Shown piece by piece: positions 34,101-46,244 of a DNA stretch of 64,000 nt. Both the position numbers and the translations under genes were made by a program. How positions within the stretch are numbered: position 1 is the stretch's first letter; each line of letters opens with the position of its first letter. The notes beneath the pieces were generated by a model. That model was not told where the DNA came from, searched no databases, and saw only the letters and a list, made by a program, of their open reading frames with translations. This stretch comes from Azolla caroliniana (lineage: Eukaryota; Plantae; Polypodiophyta). Location of the stretch: positions 7,874,001-7,938,000 of the forward strand of contig JBHGNT010000004.1 of NCBI GenBank assembly GCA_043228905.1, written 5' to 3'.

Positions 34101-37100
34101 TGGACCGAAAGGTGAAGCCAATCGCGGCTCCCTTGCCAGAGTGCAGCTGGGAACGAATAAAGGGGGTCGCCACTGACCCCAGCTTGCGAGATCCGGCTGG
34201 CATAGGACACCGTTTCACCGACAAAACACTGCAAGAGCTGAAGATTGGTGGGGGTGGCTTCCTACTGCCGGCGGAAGAGGACTGGTTCAGGAGTATGTTC
34301 GAGAAGCACGAGAAAGCCTTTGCATTCTCACCGGAAGAGATTGGGTGCGTCGACCAGACCATGGTCGAACCGATGGTGATCTTTACGGTACCGCATGTGT
34401 CATGGAGTCTCAAGCCGATCCAGGTATCAAGAGCTCATGTTCTGATGCTGATGGAGCTCCTTAAGCAGAAAGTGAAGCTAGGCATGCTCGAACCATCGAG
34501 TGCCCCGTACTCTAACCGATGGTTTATGGTACCAAAGAAGAACAGCAAGTTGCGCTTCATTCAGGACCTACAACCGGTCAATAAAGTAACCATCCGCAAT
34601 ATGGGAGTCGGACCGTCGATTGATGAGTTTGCGGAAGCCTTCATCGGGACATCCATATATTCGGTCAGAGATCTATACTCGGGGTACAACCAATTCCAAC
34701 TGGTCGTTGAAAGCAGGGACATCACGACGATGCGGACCCCCCTCGGTTTGGTTCGGATGTGCACCCTACTACAAGGAGGGACCAACTCGGTGGCACACAT
34801 GGTGAATGCAATGAACAAAGTCCTGAGGGACTGCATCCCCGACATCACCATGTTGTTCCTGGATGACATCCCTATAAAGGTGTGTTCGGAGGACACAAAG
34901 GACGAGTCGACCGAAGCGGACGGATGCCGAAGGTTTGTGACGGACCACATCTCCGACTGTGAGAAGATACTGCAGAGGCTTGAGGGCGCTCGGCTTACCT
35001 TCTCCGGGGAGAAGTCGGCTTTCGAACAACCAGAGATCATAGTGGTCGGCCACCTGTGCAGGCTGTTGTCATGAAGATTTTCGGCAACGGTGTGAAAATC
35101 ACGTGGAACGAGGAAAATCGAGAAGGTGCAATATGCACATGTATTGAAGGGGTGATGGTTAATGCGCACGTGTGATGTGTGTTTAGGTGATCATTACACA
35201 CACATATATATATATAATAAGCCTAACGCATACAATGAGGTGCAAGTAAAGGTTTTAAACCTTACACCTCCAAGATGGGAGGCAATAGACATACCATTAA
35301 ACTACGTTGTTTCATTTGAAAGTTAATTTTGTTCATTGTACATTTCACACAAAATTGTTTGTACATGAGAGCTTAGATAAGGTACATGGTCATCATGCAT
35401 CACATGTGATGCATGAGCGCCAAATGGCGATCATGCATTGCATGCATCTCATGCACTGTATGTATGTACTACACCCTCACATGCACATATGCATGGGGGC
35501 ATCTATATAAGGAGAGAAAGAGAAAGAAAGGGGGGGATAATGTATGCAATGAATAATAATTAATAAGTTCTAGTTATCTCGTTGGCAAGGTGTCTTCTAT
35601 CTCAAATTTGAAGTCAAAGGTTCAAACCGGGAATAGGAATTCCCACATGTATCTATCTATCAATTTATCTTTAATACTTCTCGCTTGCGCTAGTCCTTAC
35701 ACCGTTTCGTTGCTTGCGCTAGTCCTTCCGCGGTTCCGTTATCTTGAACGATCCCATCATCAATCCTCCATAACCACTAGCGGATAGAGGGCCGGTGCTT
35801 GTCCGTGCTTGTGACGCGCACATCCTGACGTTTGGCACGTGTGTCATGCGCCACACGACATCCTGACGTTTGGCACGTGAAAAACACAAGCTGGTAATGG
35901 AGGCATCACGAATGATGGATGTGGTCTTGGATGCTTATGACTTAGAAGAGTCTATAAGAAGAGAAGGTGGGCTGAGACTGATAATGCTTCCATTTATAAG
36001 GAAGGCCATTGAAATGAAGTTGCAGGATGATAAGGATAGAGCGATGGATTATCTCAAGTTGGCAAGGCAAGCCGAAAGGTTATATCAAGAAGTTCCAGAT
36101 TGGTATGAAGCAGTTATGACGTCTACATTCAGACCTCAACCTTTTCATGGGCTTCTCAACAATGATGAAGATGAAGATGATCGAGATATTCGTGATCACT
36201 GTCATGAAGAGACATTCAACGAAGAATGTGGGCTTGTAGGAAAAGATCAAGATATTCAAGAATGCGGTTGTGAAGAGAGACACGACGAAGAACATGGGCT
36301 TGACAAGAGACATGGATATGTTCACAATGATCGGGAAGAGGCATTCAATGAAGAAGAAGGTTTCGAAGAGAGAGATCGAGATCGACATGCCTATGGTCGT
36401 TACGAGGATCATTGCAAACTCGACAAAGGAGAAACATGTGACAAAGAATGCGATCTTGAAGGGAGAGATTAAGATTGTCATCATGAAGGTCATTGCAAAC
36501 GCAAGAGAAGAGAGATATGCACTGAAGAAGGATGTGATCACGAAGAGACATGGAACGAAGAACATACAGTCGAGGGGAAAGACCAAGATACTCAAGGATG
36601 CAATCATGAAGAGACATCTGATGAAGAACGTGGGCTCAAGGGGAAAGACCAAGATACTTGGGGATGCAATCGTGAAGAGACATCAGACAAAGAAGGTGGG
36701 CTTGAAGAGAAAGATCAAGATCTACACGATTATGAAAAAGACAAAGATCATTACAAACTCACAAAGAGTGCTCGAGATCTACAAAGTTATGATTGTGACA
36801 AAGATTACTGTTGTCCGCCGGAATAGTAACCAACGGACAAAAGCGTAGGAATAAGAAACTATATAAGAGCATAACGCATGTAACGGTTCACGCAGGAAGC
36901 GTGAACGGCTAATTAGACCCTGCATATATAAAGGGCAAAAAACCTCTTATGGAGGTGCGTGTAATATTGGGGAAATGTAAAGAACGCCTGATAATAGAAT
37001 TCTATCTTCTCTGATTTTTTGTCTATAGTTGCGGCTAATTCAGTGTCGGTGTCTCGGATACTTAAGCGTAGTAGTACGTAAGTGTAACCTTTGATAGGGA

Positions 37101-40100
37101 TTCGGTTGTAGCCGTCTTCCCTTATACGCAGAGGGATTACAGGGGTTCTCCCCTTACGCATTACGCTCAAAACCATGTTCGTTGTTCCACACCCACCTTG
37201 AGGTCTAGGTCGAAGGACTGACCACGGACCGTGTTCCTAAACGGCAACACTTTTGGCACGCTTGGTGATCTGTGTTTCCTCACAGACGAGTAACAACGAA
37301 TGGATGTTTAGCCGGAGACGACCCAGAGAACCAACCAGACAAGACCGGCCAATAACAAGGTCCGTCACACGCCAGGCAGAAGAACGCGCCCGACAAAAGC
37401 CGTGCATCACCGACCTCAGTACTACTGGCCGGGAGTGCAAAGGGGATTCTTTGCTCCCCAAATACCTCGACGAGACGCGGGGAAAACGCTCACCGCAGCC
37501 ACCCTATGACCTTTTCCGATCCGCCGTAGCTCCCACTATGGCCTTTGCCTACCCCCGCTTTAACGGCGAAACCGATGCCGCAACTCATATTCGCATGTTC
37601 CTGAATGTTTGGAATGCGAACCACATGGCGCAAAATCTCTCCGAGATGGTGGCACAGCAGTCGAAAATGACGGAGTTCGGATTAACATTAGATGGGTGTG
37701 CGGTGTTCTGGCATTCACAGATGGACTTACCAGCCATAACAACCTTCGATCAGCTGCTGTTCGCTTTCTTGCGATTCTTCCATCGGAGGGTTCCACAACG
37801 CGAGATTCTCGGGCAGTTTTATATAATTAAGCAACTACCGACCGAGACGATCGCAGTCTTCAGCTTACGTTTCCAAAATTTACGGCGGAAACTGGAATGA
37901 AGCCCCGCGGAGGAGGAGGCTCGGGAGACATTTCTGGCAGCGTTACGCCGGCCCATCCGAGCAACGCTCAACAACAATAGCGTGAAAGGGGAAACAGCAG
38001 ATATGGTGATTTAACGAGCGTTACAACTCGAGTTGGATGATGAGGAGGAGAGGTTTTCGATGTCATCCTTACGACAAGCGTTACCTCAGGATGAGGAACG
38101 CCAATTTCATCAAGCAGCGGGAGGACCGGTACAACCGGAACCGCAGTGCACGATTTGCTTGAACTTGGGGCATTCCGCGGTGGAGTGCAATATGCGAATC
38201 CACTGCCCAATCTGCCACTCAAAGGTTCACACAGTCGACCAATGTGAGTACAATATGTTAAACAGAGCCACTCCCGCAGTCCGCAACATGGACACACAAC
38301 GTCAACCACATCGGGCGGAACAAAGGAGGCAAGAAGACCGACCCCGGTATAAGGATCGCAACCCGCGGGAGGACCGGTACAACCGGAATTGCCGGAATCA
38401 CAACGAGTCTGAGGAGGATGACCCAAACGACGAGGATTATCGTGGACATCCGAGTTACGCCAAAGGGGGTCGGCGCTATGAACATCAACGCCCGACAAAC
38501 AAACAGGGCGGCTTCAATGGCTATCGGGGTAAGCCTCGGGAATATAGGGATCACCGGCATTACGACGAAAGCTCGAGGGATGAGCGGCACCAGGAACAAT
38601 GACGAGACGAACAGCAGCCACCGCGTACGTTCCGACAAACGAGGCCAGACCGCGAAGAGCAAGTAGCGCCCGGAGAGCGGCACACACCACCTGGGGCTGA
38701 GAAGGGAGAATCAAGCATCCATTGTTTTATTTGTCAGCAACCCGGACACTATGCCACGCAATGCCCAGCACGCAAGGGAAAGGGGCCCGCCGTCAATACG
38801 ATTACGGCGGAGGTGCAACAAGTCACAACACGCCAGCAAACAAAAACGGCGGATTGGGTTGCGTAGGACGAGGTACGATGACAAGCCCAAGCTTGGGTGG
38901 AAAAAGCAAACGCGACCAATACGGAACGTATGCGGCAGGAGTCCGCGAACTCAATGGAGCGAACAGAGAACGAAAGACCGGAGCTAGACCCCATTTGGCA
39001 GGTGTTAGCAGGCTATGAAATCACGTTAACTATGGAAAAACTACTACAGCTAGTTCCACGTTTTCGCCAGAACATGGAAGCACAGGTGGCGGGCAGGCCC
39101 GGGGTGAGCGTTGCCACAAACCTGACAGACGTCAGCGATGGACCACCGGTGGTGGATCAACACAACCCGGCTATTGCAGTAATATTGCATGGACAGGAAG
39201 TTCTTGGATGCATAATCGACGACGGCTCAGGCATCAATGTGATTAGCGCGAAAACTTGCGAATAGTTAGGCATTTCCGAATGGGAGGCGTGTCCATTTTG
39301 GCTCCACATGGCAGATACCCGCTCAGTGCAACCGTTGGGGTTAATTCGGAAAATAGGCATCATTGTGGGCGGACACCGCTTCGACATATCGGCGGTCATC
39401 CTCGCTTTGGACGCCCCAGGAGCGTACCTAGTGCTTCTGGGCAGACCATGGCTTCGGACAACAAATATCAAGCAGAGCTGGCAACACGACTGTATCAGTT
39501 TCCGGCATGGACGCACCAAGGTTCGCGTACCTACGGAAGGCAGCACGCCACAACTTAAGGGTATAACACCGTTATACGCGGAAGACATAAATATGCTGGC
39601 TGGGGTGGAGGATGCCGAATTGGAAGTGTACCTTGACGAACTTCCTCGGATTATTCCGCTGTTCGAAATAGATGTCATCGCAACTGCGGCAGAATATACT
39701 ATGACCACTGTTCCGCACGAAGAGCCGTACGAACCGAACCCAGAGTCCATATTGGAACTCAGCAGAGCATGGGCTGCATTCGAAAGGGAAATGGAGATTT
39801 CACGACGAGTCACCGCTTCCGCTCTCGAAGAAGTGAATGTGGGTATGGAATCGGAGCCCCGATTCCTCTCCAACGCAAAGGAATTAAGGCCGGACAAGAG
39901 AATCACAATGATCGCACTACTCACAGAATATAAAGATGTGTTTGCTTGGGCTCACGAGGACATGAAGGGGTTAGATCCCAAGTTCTATCAGCATAAGATC
40001 AATTTAGCAACTGACGCAAAACTTGTCTAGCAGCGCCGCTACCGCATGAACCCCAATTACGCGACCCGCGTGAAAGAAGAAATTGACAAACTCCTGAGGG

Positions 40101-42011
40101 CGGGGTTCATACGGCCAGTTAAACAAGCGGCATGGCTAAGCCCGATAGTGGTTGTCCCAAAGAAAAACGGCAAAATACGGGTATGCGTAGATTACCGAAA
40201 ATTAAACGTCGTAACCATTACAGACGCATTTCCCTTACCCTTCACCGATAGTGTGCTGGAGGCCGTCGCAGGCCATGAGATGTATAGTTTCTTAGATGGC
40301 TTCAGTGGCTATAACCAAGTAGGCATGCACCTCGAGGACCAGGAGAAGACGACGTTTGTCACGGACTGGGGAGTATATGTGGCGGTCGTCATGATGTTTG
40401 GGCTAAAGACAACGCCGACAACATTTCAACGAACGATTACGGAGATCTTTGGGGAATACATTCCGGTGTTCATGCAAGTCTTTCTAGATGATTTTGCAGT
40501 ATATGGGCAAACAAAAGACCATTTTTCGCACTTGCGTCTGTGCCTGGAATGTTGCCGCACCGCACGCTTAAGCCTGAATCCCGCGAAATGTGCCTTCGGC
40601 ATGACCAGCGGGACTCTCCTAGGCCACATAGTCAGCAAAGAAGGAATAGCGGTTGACCCAAACAAGATCTCCACGATTACGCAAGCTAAAACTCCGACAA
40701 ATGCCAAATCACTTAGCCGAATTTTGGGACAAATACGGTGGCATAGTCGGATGATACGGTATTTGGCGGACTTCACCACACCAGTACACACTGCCGTACA
40801 TAAGACTCCCTTCCAATGGACTGCAACAGAGGATAAGGCCTATGAGGCACTTAAGATAATGCTCACACAGGCCCCCGTCGTACAACCTCCAGTTTGGGCA
40901 AAGCCATTCCACGTGTTCGTCGACGCCTCGGACATAGCAATAGGAAGCGCGCTAATGCAACTCACCGAACCAAACTGGTATAGGCCAGTATACTACGCAA
41001 GTCGTAAATTGTTAGCAGCAGAGCGTAACTATTCCACAATAGAGCGGGAGGCGCTAAGGATGATCTATAGCATCAATAAATTCCGACACTATTTATTAGG
41101 ACGGAAATTCACGTTCCACGTGGATCATTCGGCATTATTGTATTTGGTGGAGAAACAAGCCCTGATAGGGAAATTGGCGCGGTGGATGTTGCTGGTCCAG
41201 GAATTCGAGTTCATAATTCAACACCGACCATGGACGCAACACGCAGTGGCAGATTTTTTGAGCAGACTTGAGAATGGAGAAACATTACAGAAAGACGACG
41301 ATGATTTTCCGGACACCGACATCTGGCGAGTAGCGACACTTGTAGAAAAAACGGAATCCACCTTTTCGGACTGATGGATTATGGAAATGACGTACTTTTT
41401 AACTACAGGACTCCCTCCACCACTATTACGCACGGACGAGAAGAAACGACTAGCCGTTCGAAGCCGTCACTTCTACCTCGTCGAAGGAAATTTATATCAC
41501 AAAGGAAGTGATGGCATTTGGCGACGTGGAGTCCGTCAGGATGAGAAGGAAGCAGTTTTACGGGAGGCACATTGCGGCACGGCCAACGGCCATTACGCGG
41601 GCGACGTGACATCCCTCAAAGTATGGCAGGCGGGCTTATGGTGGCCAACAACGCAGAAGGACGCATCCGAGTATTGTAGAAAGTGTGATTTGTGCCAGCG
41701 TATGGGTCAGCCCGCGGAGGACACAAGGATGCCACACCAGCCCGTATTACCGCTAGACCCCTTCCAAAAGTGGGGATTGGATTTTGTAGGGCCCTTCACA
41801 CCAGTAGCGGCCCGTACGGCCAACAAATACATATTGGTAGCCACGGATTACTGCACCAAATGGGTAGAAGCAAAAGCACTACGTGAAAATACGGCGACCG
41901 TCACAACCAAATTTCTTTACGAGCACATCTGGTGCCGGTTCGGCTGTCCGATTGAGCTCATCAGTGACCAGGGGAGCCACTTCCTCAATACGGTGGTTCA
42001 AGAACTAACAC

Positions 42012-42435
42012 TGTCATGATATGGCAAGACTCGAACCCATGACCTTATGCTACATGTCGAGCTCTTGACCATTAGACTATACATTGTAATACATAAAATA
42101 TTATTTTCATTTATGTTTTATTATAGAAAATTGATGTATATTCCAGATTTCTCTAGAACATTCTAGAAGCTTCAGGACTACTCCTGAGAGCAATATAAAA
42201 GGAGGCACAAGGCATTATTTCGAACCAAATCGGTTCAACGCTAGTCTTAAGCCTCCTAGCTACTGTACATTTTCTTCACATAATATATATCTTTTCTTAT
42301 CATCACTCTCTCTCTCTCTCTCTCTCTCCCTCCCTCTCACTCACTCCTTCCTTCTCTCGAGAGTTCTTCACCTCTCTTAGTACTAATACTTCTTTTAGTA
42401 CTAATTCCTTCTCTGTCTTAGTACTGTTCCTGACA
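42012..42435 (+). mobile_element. Solo LTR S2 (424 bp) inserted in integrase of C
   Basis: TGTCA...TGACA termini, TSD AACAC; integrase frame resumes after it; TATAAAA at 42194. Confidence 0.93.
42155..42174 (+). promoter_or_regulatory. Canonical 4-unit heat-shock element in solo LTR S2
   Basis: aGAAcaTTCtaGAAgcTTCa, 20 bp upstream of TATAAAA. Confidence 0.75.
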
Positions 42436-43440
42436 AACACAGCATTACGCAGTAGTCCACAAGAAGAGCACGCCATATTACCCGCAGGTGAAAGGATTAG
42501 CAGAATCCACGAACAAAACATTACAGACCATTTTGAAGAAAACCATCAATGAAAATAGAACAGACTAGGATACCAAACTCTAGAGTGCGTCATGGGCGTA
42601 CAGAACTAGTTACAAAACAAGCATACAATCAACATCGTTTCGGCTAGCGTTTGGACTAGAGGTTGTGATGCCAGTCGAATTTCGGGTACCTAGTTTGCGC
42701 ATTCAGGTACGGAACCGATTATCAGAAGCCAAGTCGGAGGAGGAACGACTCTACCAACTCCTCGAACTAGGGGAAAAACGTGTCCACAACATGGCTGTGT
42801 TGGAACAAGAACAGCAACGGCGTAAAGCGTTTGTCGATCGACATCGGAGCGCAAGGGAAAAAGAGTTCGGCGTGGGTCGAGCGGTGCTAGTTTTTCAAAC
42901 ATGCATGGGCCATATGCCGGGGAAGTTACGTTTCCGCTGGACCGGCCCATACTGGATAATTGGAGCGGAACAGGGCACGTTCCAACTAGGAACGCTAGCT
43001 GGAAAAATAGTACGGCAAAAAGTGAACGGGTTTCGGCTCAAACCTTACCTGGGCCCTACGCCACCTAACCCATTCACCGCCGAACGGGACAAATCCGGAG
43101 AACCTGCAGCGTAAAATGGACAGCCCCATTTGTACTATAATAGGTTGTAAATAACCGTTACAAAAAAAAAAAGAGAAAAAAAAAGAGAAAAAAGAGAGAG
43201 AGAGAGAAGATAGCGACTATTAAAACGACTAAAGGCATGCACAAACTCCTAGTTCAAGAACACCCAATGAACCCTAAGCCACAAAAAGAAGGAAACAGAA
43301 GATTTTCTGCACAAAGCAGAAACCCATCTTCTAGCTATCAGCGCTCCCATCGCTCGTCCTCCTCACCTTCTTCCCCATCCTATCTTAGAGCTCCAACCCA
43401 CCACAACCTCCCATCTCCTCCCCACAAACCTACTCTGGCA

Positions 43441-46199
43441 ATGCCGATTTTCATCTCTATTGCCCTACGCTGATAGCTCATAGAGAAACACCTAGATGGC
43501 TACATCCGGGTCGCAGAAGCACCTATGCACCCGGACGCCATGAACATCGCCAGGAAGCTTAACATAGACACGGTCACCAACTCTTCCATTTGGAAGAAGT
43601 TGGACCTATCCTCACTAGGCGAAAGACATTTCGAAATACCTCCTGCAGAGGCGCTGAAGCGGTATTTTGGACCATATTCATCCTCTACCAAGGCCTATAG
43701 AATAAAACAGATTCCGGATCCCTTCTTCCGTGAAGTTGCCAAGTTCCTACTGGAAGTCGGCTGCGTCCATGTCAACGCATACGGGATGCCTAAGCAGAAG
43801 GCGGGCATCATTATCGACACCTTTGAAGGGCGTGCAGTCGACTGGGGGGTCATCACAAGGCCGACATTAAGAGAAGGCTTGCATGCGTACCAAGCAGGCA
43901 AAAAGCTCAGGCCAATCATCCAACAATACCTTACGGTACTGTTTCCACCCCGAGGCCTGCTAGCACCGCAACCCAGCCAACCCACGACCCCGCTCCGATC
44001 CGCAAAACGCAGGTTAGTGGAGTTATCGGCCCCAGAGTGGGAGGAGGAACCCCAACCGGCCCAGCCAGACCCAAGGACAACACCTCCTACCGACCAACCG
44101 GACACACGAGCGACGCAGGAGGAACAACCGAGACGCTCCATGGACGCAGCCCCAAAACCAGACACCGAAACACAATGGGAAATTCCTAGACCAAAACGGA
44201 GCAGATTGGACAAGAAAGATGGGCGGGGGTTGGTAAAAAACACCCCCACGGCACCGGAGGCACCGATCGAAGGCGAAGGCTCCGCAGCAGCAGAACCGAA
44301 TACCACCTTCGAAATCATCCGGGAGCTGCAACCGATTATTACGATTCAATCCCAACGAGGGAAAGTCGTATTGACGGCGGAAAGCGAGGTTTTGGCATAT
44401 CCGGATATCCCGGATACGGCCCACGAATTCAGCGCCCTCTTGCAGTTCGGTACCTCTTTTGAGCTCATGGAGTTCCTGGCAACACAACAGGTCAAAGCCG
44501 CCCAACGAATGGTCGAGGAGCATGCGGAACGTCAGATGATCGAGCGCACCCTAACACAAACAACGGAGAGCGACGATGAGGACCGGCTAGCCAGGGTCGG
44601 CAGACAGAGGAACGCCGGGGTACGGCGAGTAGGGATGGAGATACCACCCTTAAACATGGCCCTAGTCGAAGTCCATCGGGAACTGGCAAAGGTCAGCACG
44701 GGCGCCAAGGAGATGGCCATAAAAAATAAGAATGTCTGGAAGAAGGTTAAACTGACCGAAGCCGAACTACAAAAAGCCAACGCACGCATCGCGGAGTTGG
44801 AAGCTCACGCGACTACGGCGCAACACGCAACCCCGCCACCGAACCACGTCATCGACGCTCTAAAGAAGAAATCGAGGCTCATACCACCATCGCTTCAAAA
44901 GCAAAAAGGGTCGTGCAACTAGCGGAATCCGAAATTGATCGTCTTCGAGCATAACTACGCCAATCCTCCGATAGAGAAAAGGAGATATGGGCTAACGGAC
45001 GGAAGGCCGTAAAAACTCTTGAAGAGAAACTAGCTATGGAGGTAGCTCAGCACATCTGGACAAAAGACGAAAACGCCCAATTACGAGAGGACGCGAAGAA
45101 ATCGGAGGTGGCAATAGCGGGACTTCGGGCCTTATTAGAAAAAGAGAAGGTATGGTTCGATGAGCAGTTGGTGGTCGAACAAGACCGAAGGCATCAACTC
45201 GAAATCCGCCTAAACAATGAAATGGGGAAATTAGAAGAACAACATGCAAAGGAATCCCAGCTGTGGGCGGGCCACGTATGAGGAAGCGGTAGCCGTTAAA
45301 CAACAGGAAATCGCAAATCTCCAGAAGTCGATGGAAGACGCACGCAACCGCTGCCAGGCCATCACGGATAACGTGCGCATCCTTCTCCAAACAAACCGGG
45401 AAAGGTTCACAGCGCAATTGAAAACGACGTTTGACAAAGGATGGATGGCATGGGCAACCCAAGCAGCGGAATTGCATGCGTATCGTGCGGACTGGGAGAA
45501 CCAGCGGAAAGACGACCGAGGTTTTTATAAACTAAACGAGGAGAGCATTGCGACCGTACGGGAGGACCTAGCGCAAGACTATCGTGCGCTAGCAAACCAA
45601 CACTCCGAAGAACTCGCACAGCTCTTAGATGATTTTGGTGAAAGTCAGGAGGAGCTATTTCACCAGATCACACAAGCCGGCAACACGCGCACAAACGAGG
45701 AACCCAGCGTGACACCAATTCCGGTCACAGCCGAAGAAGAGGAACCTCAGGCCCAATCACTAGAGATGACAACAGGGGAGAATAACGGGGACCAACGAGC
45801 GGAGTTCCCCACAGAACCAGACAATGAAACCATTACCCACAAGAGGTCCAGCCGCACCAACCCACACCATCATCAGAACACGCGGAAAATAGTGCGGACC
45901 AGGCGGAATCCCCGCCCCACGCCCAAGAACATACAAAAACGGCCAACACCGCGGAGGACGTAACAATAGAGGCTGAGCCGCAGCCGACTGCAAGCACGCC
46001 AACGGTAGAGCCCACCCCCCTAACTCAAGAAGAACCCACCGTACCCGGACCACCCGCTCACGGCGAAGGCGACTCCGGGAGAAACCAGGCCGACCAAGCA
46101 GAGGAGCCACACCACGATGCACCTACGGGCCCTACATCAACTCCAAACGAGGACACCACAACCGAGCCGAACATCCGGGCCATTTTGGAAGAAGATTAA
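43441..46199 (+). pseudogene. Extra ORF3 of C, homologous to ORF3 of A (stops and frameshifts)
   Basis: YFGPYSSSTKAYR, FEGRAVDW, QYLTVLFPP, WATQAAEL...GFYKLNEESI and terminal LEED* match A. Confidence 0.87.
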
Positions 46200-46203
46200 C
46201 GGG

Positions 46204-46244
46204 ATGGATCCGACGTGCAAAGGCACTGTCCCACAGGCGTGCCA
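46204..46244 (+). other. tRNA-like 3'-half module occupying the PPT position of C
   Basis: ATGGATCCGACGTGCAAAGGCACTGTCCCACAGGCGTGCCA, 2 nt before the 3' LTR. Confidence 0.7.
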
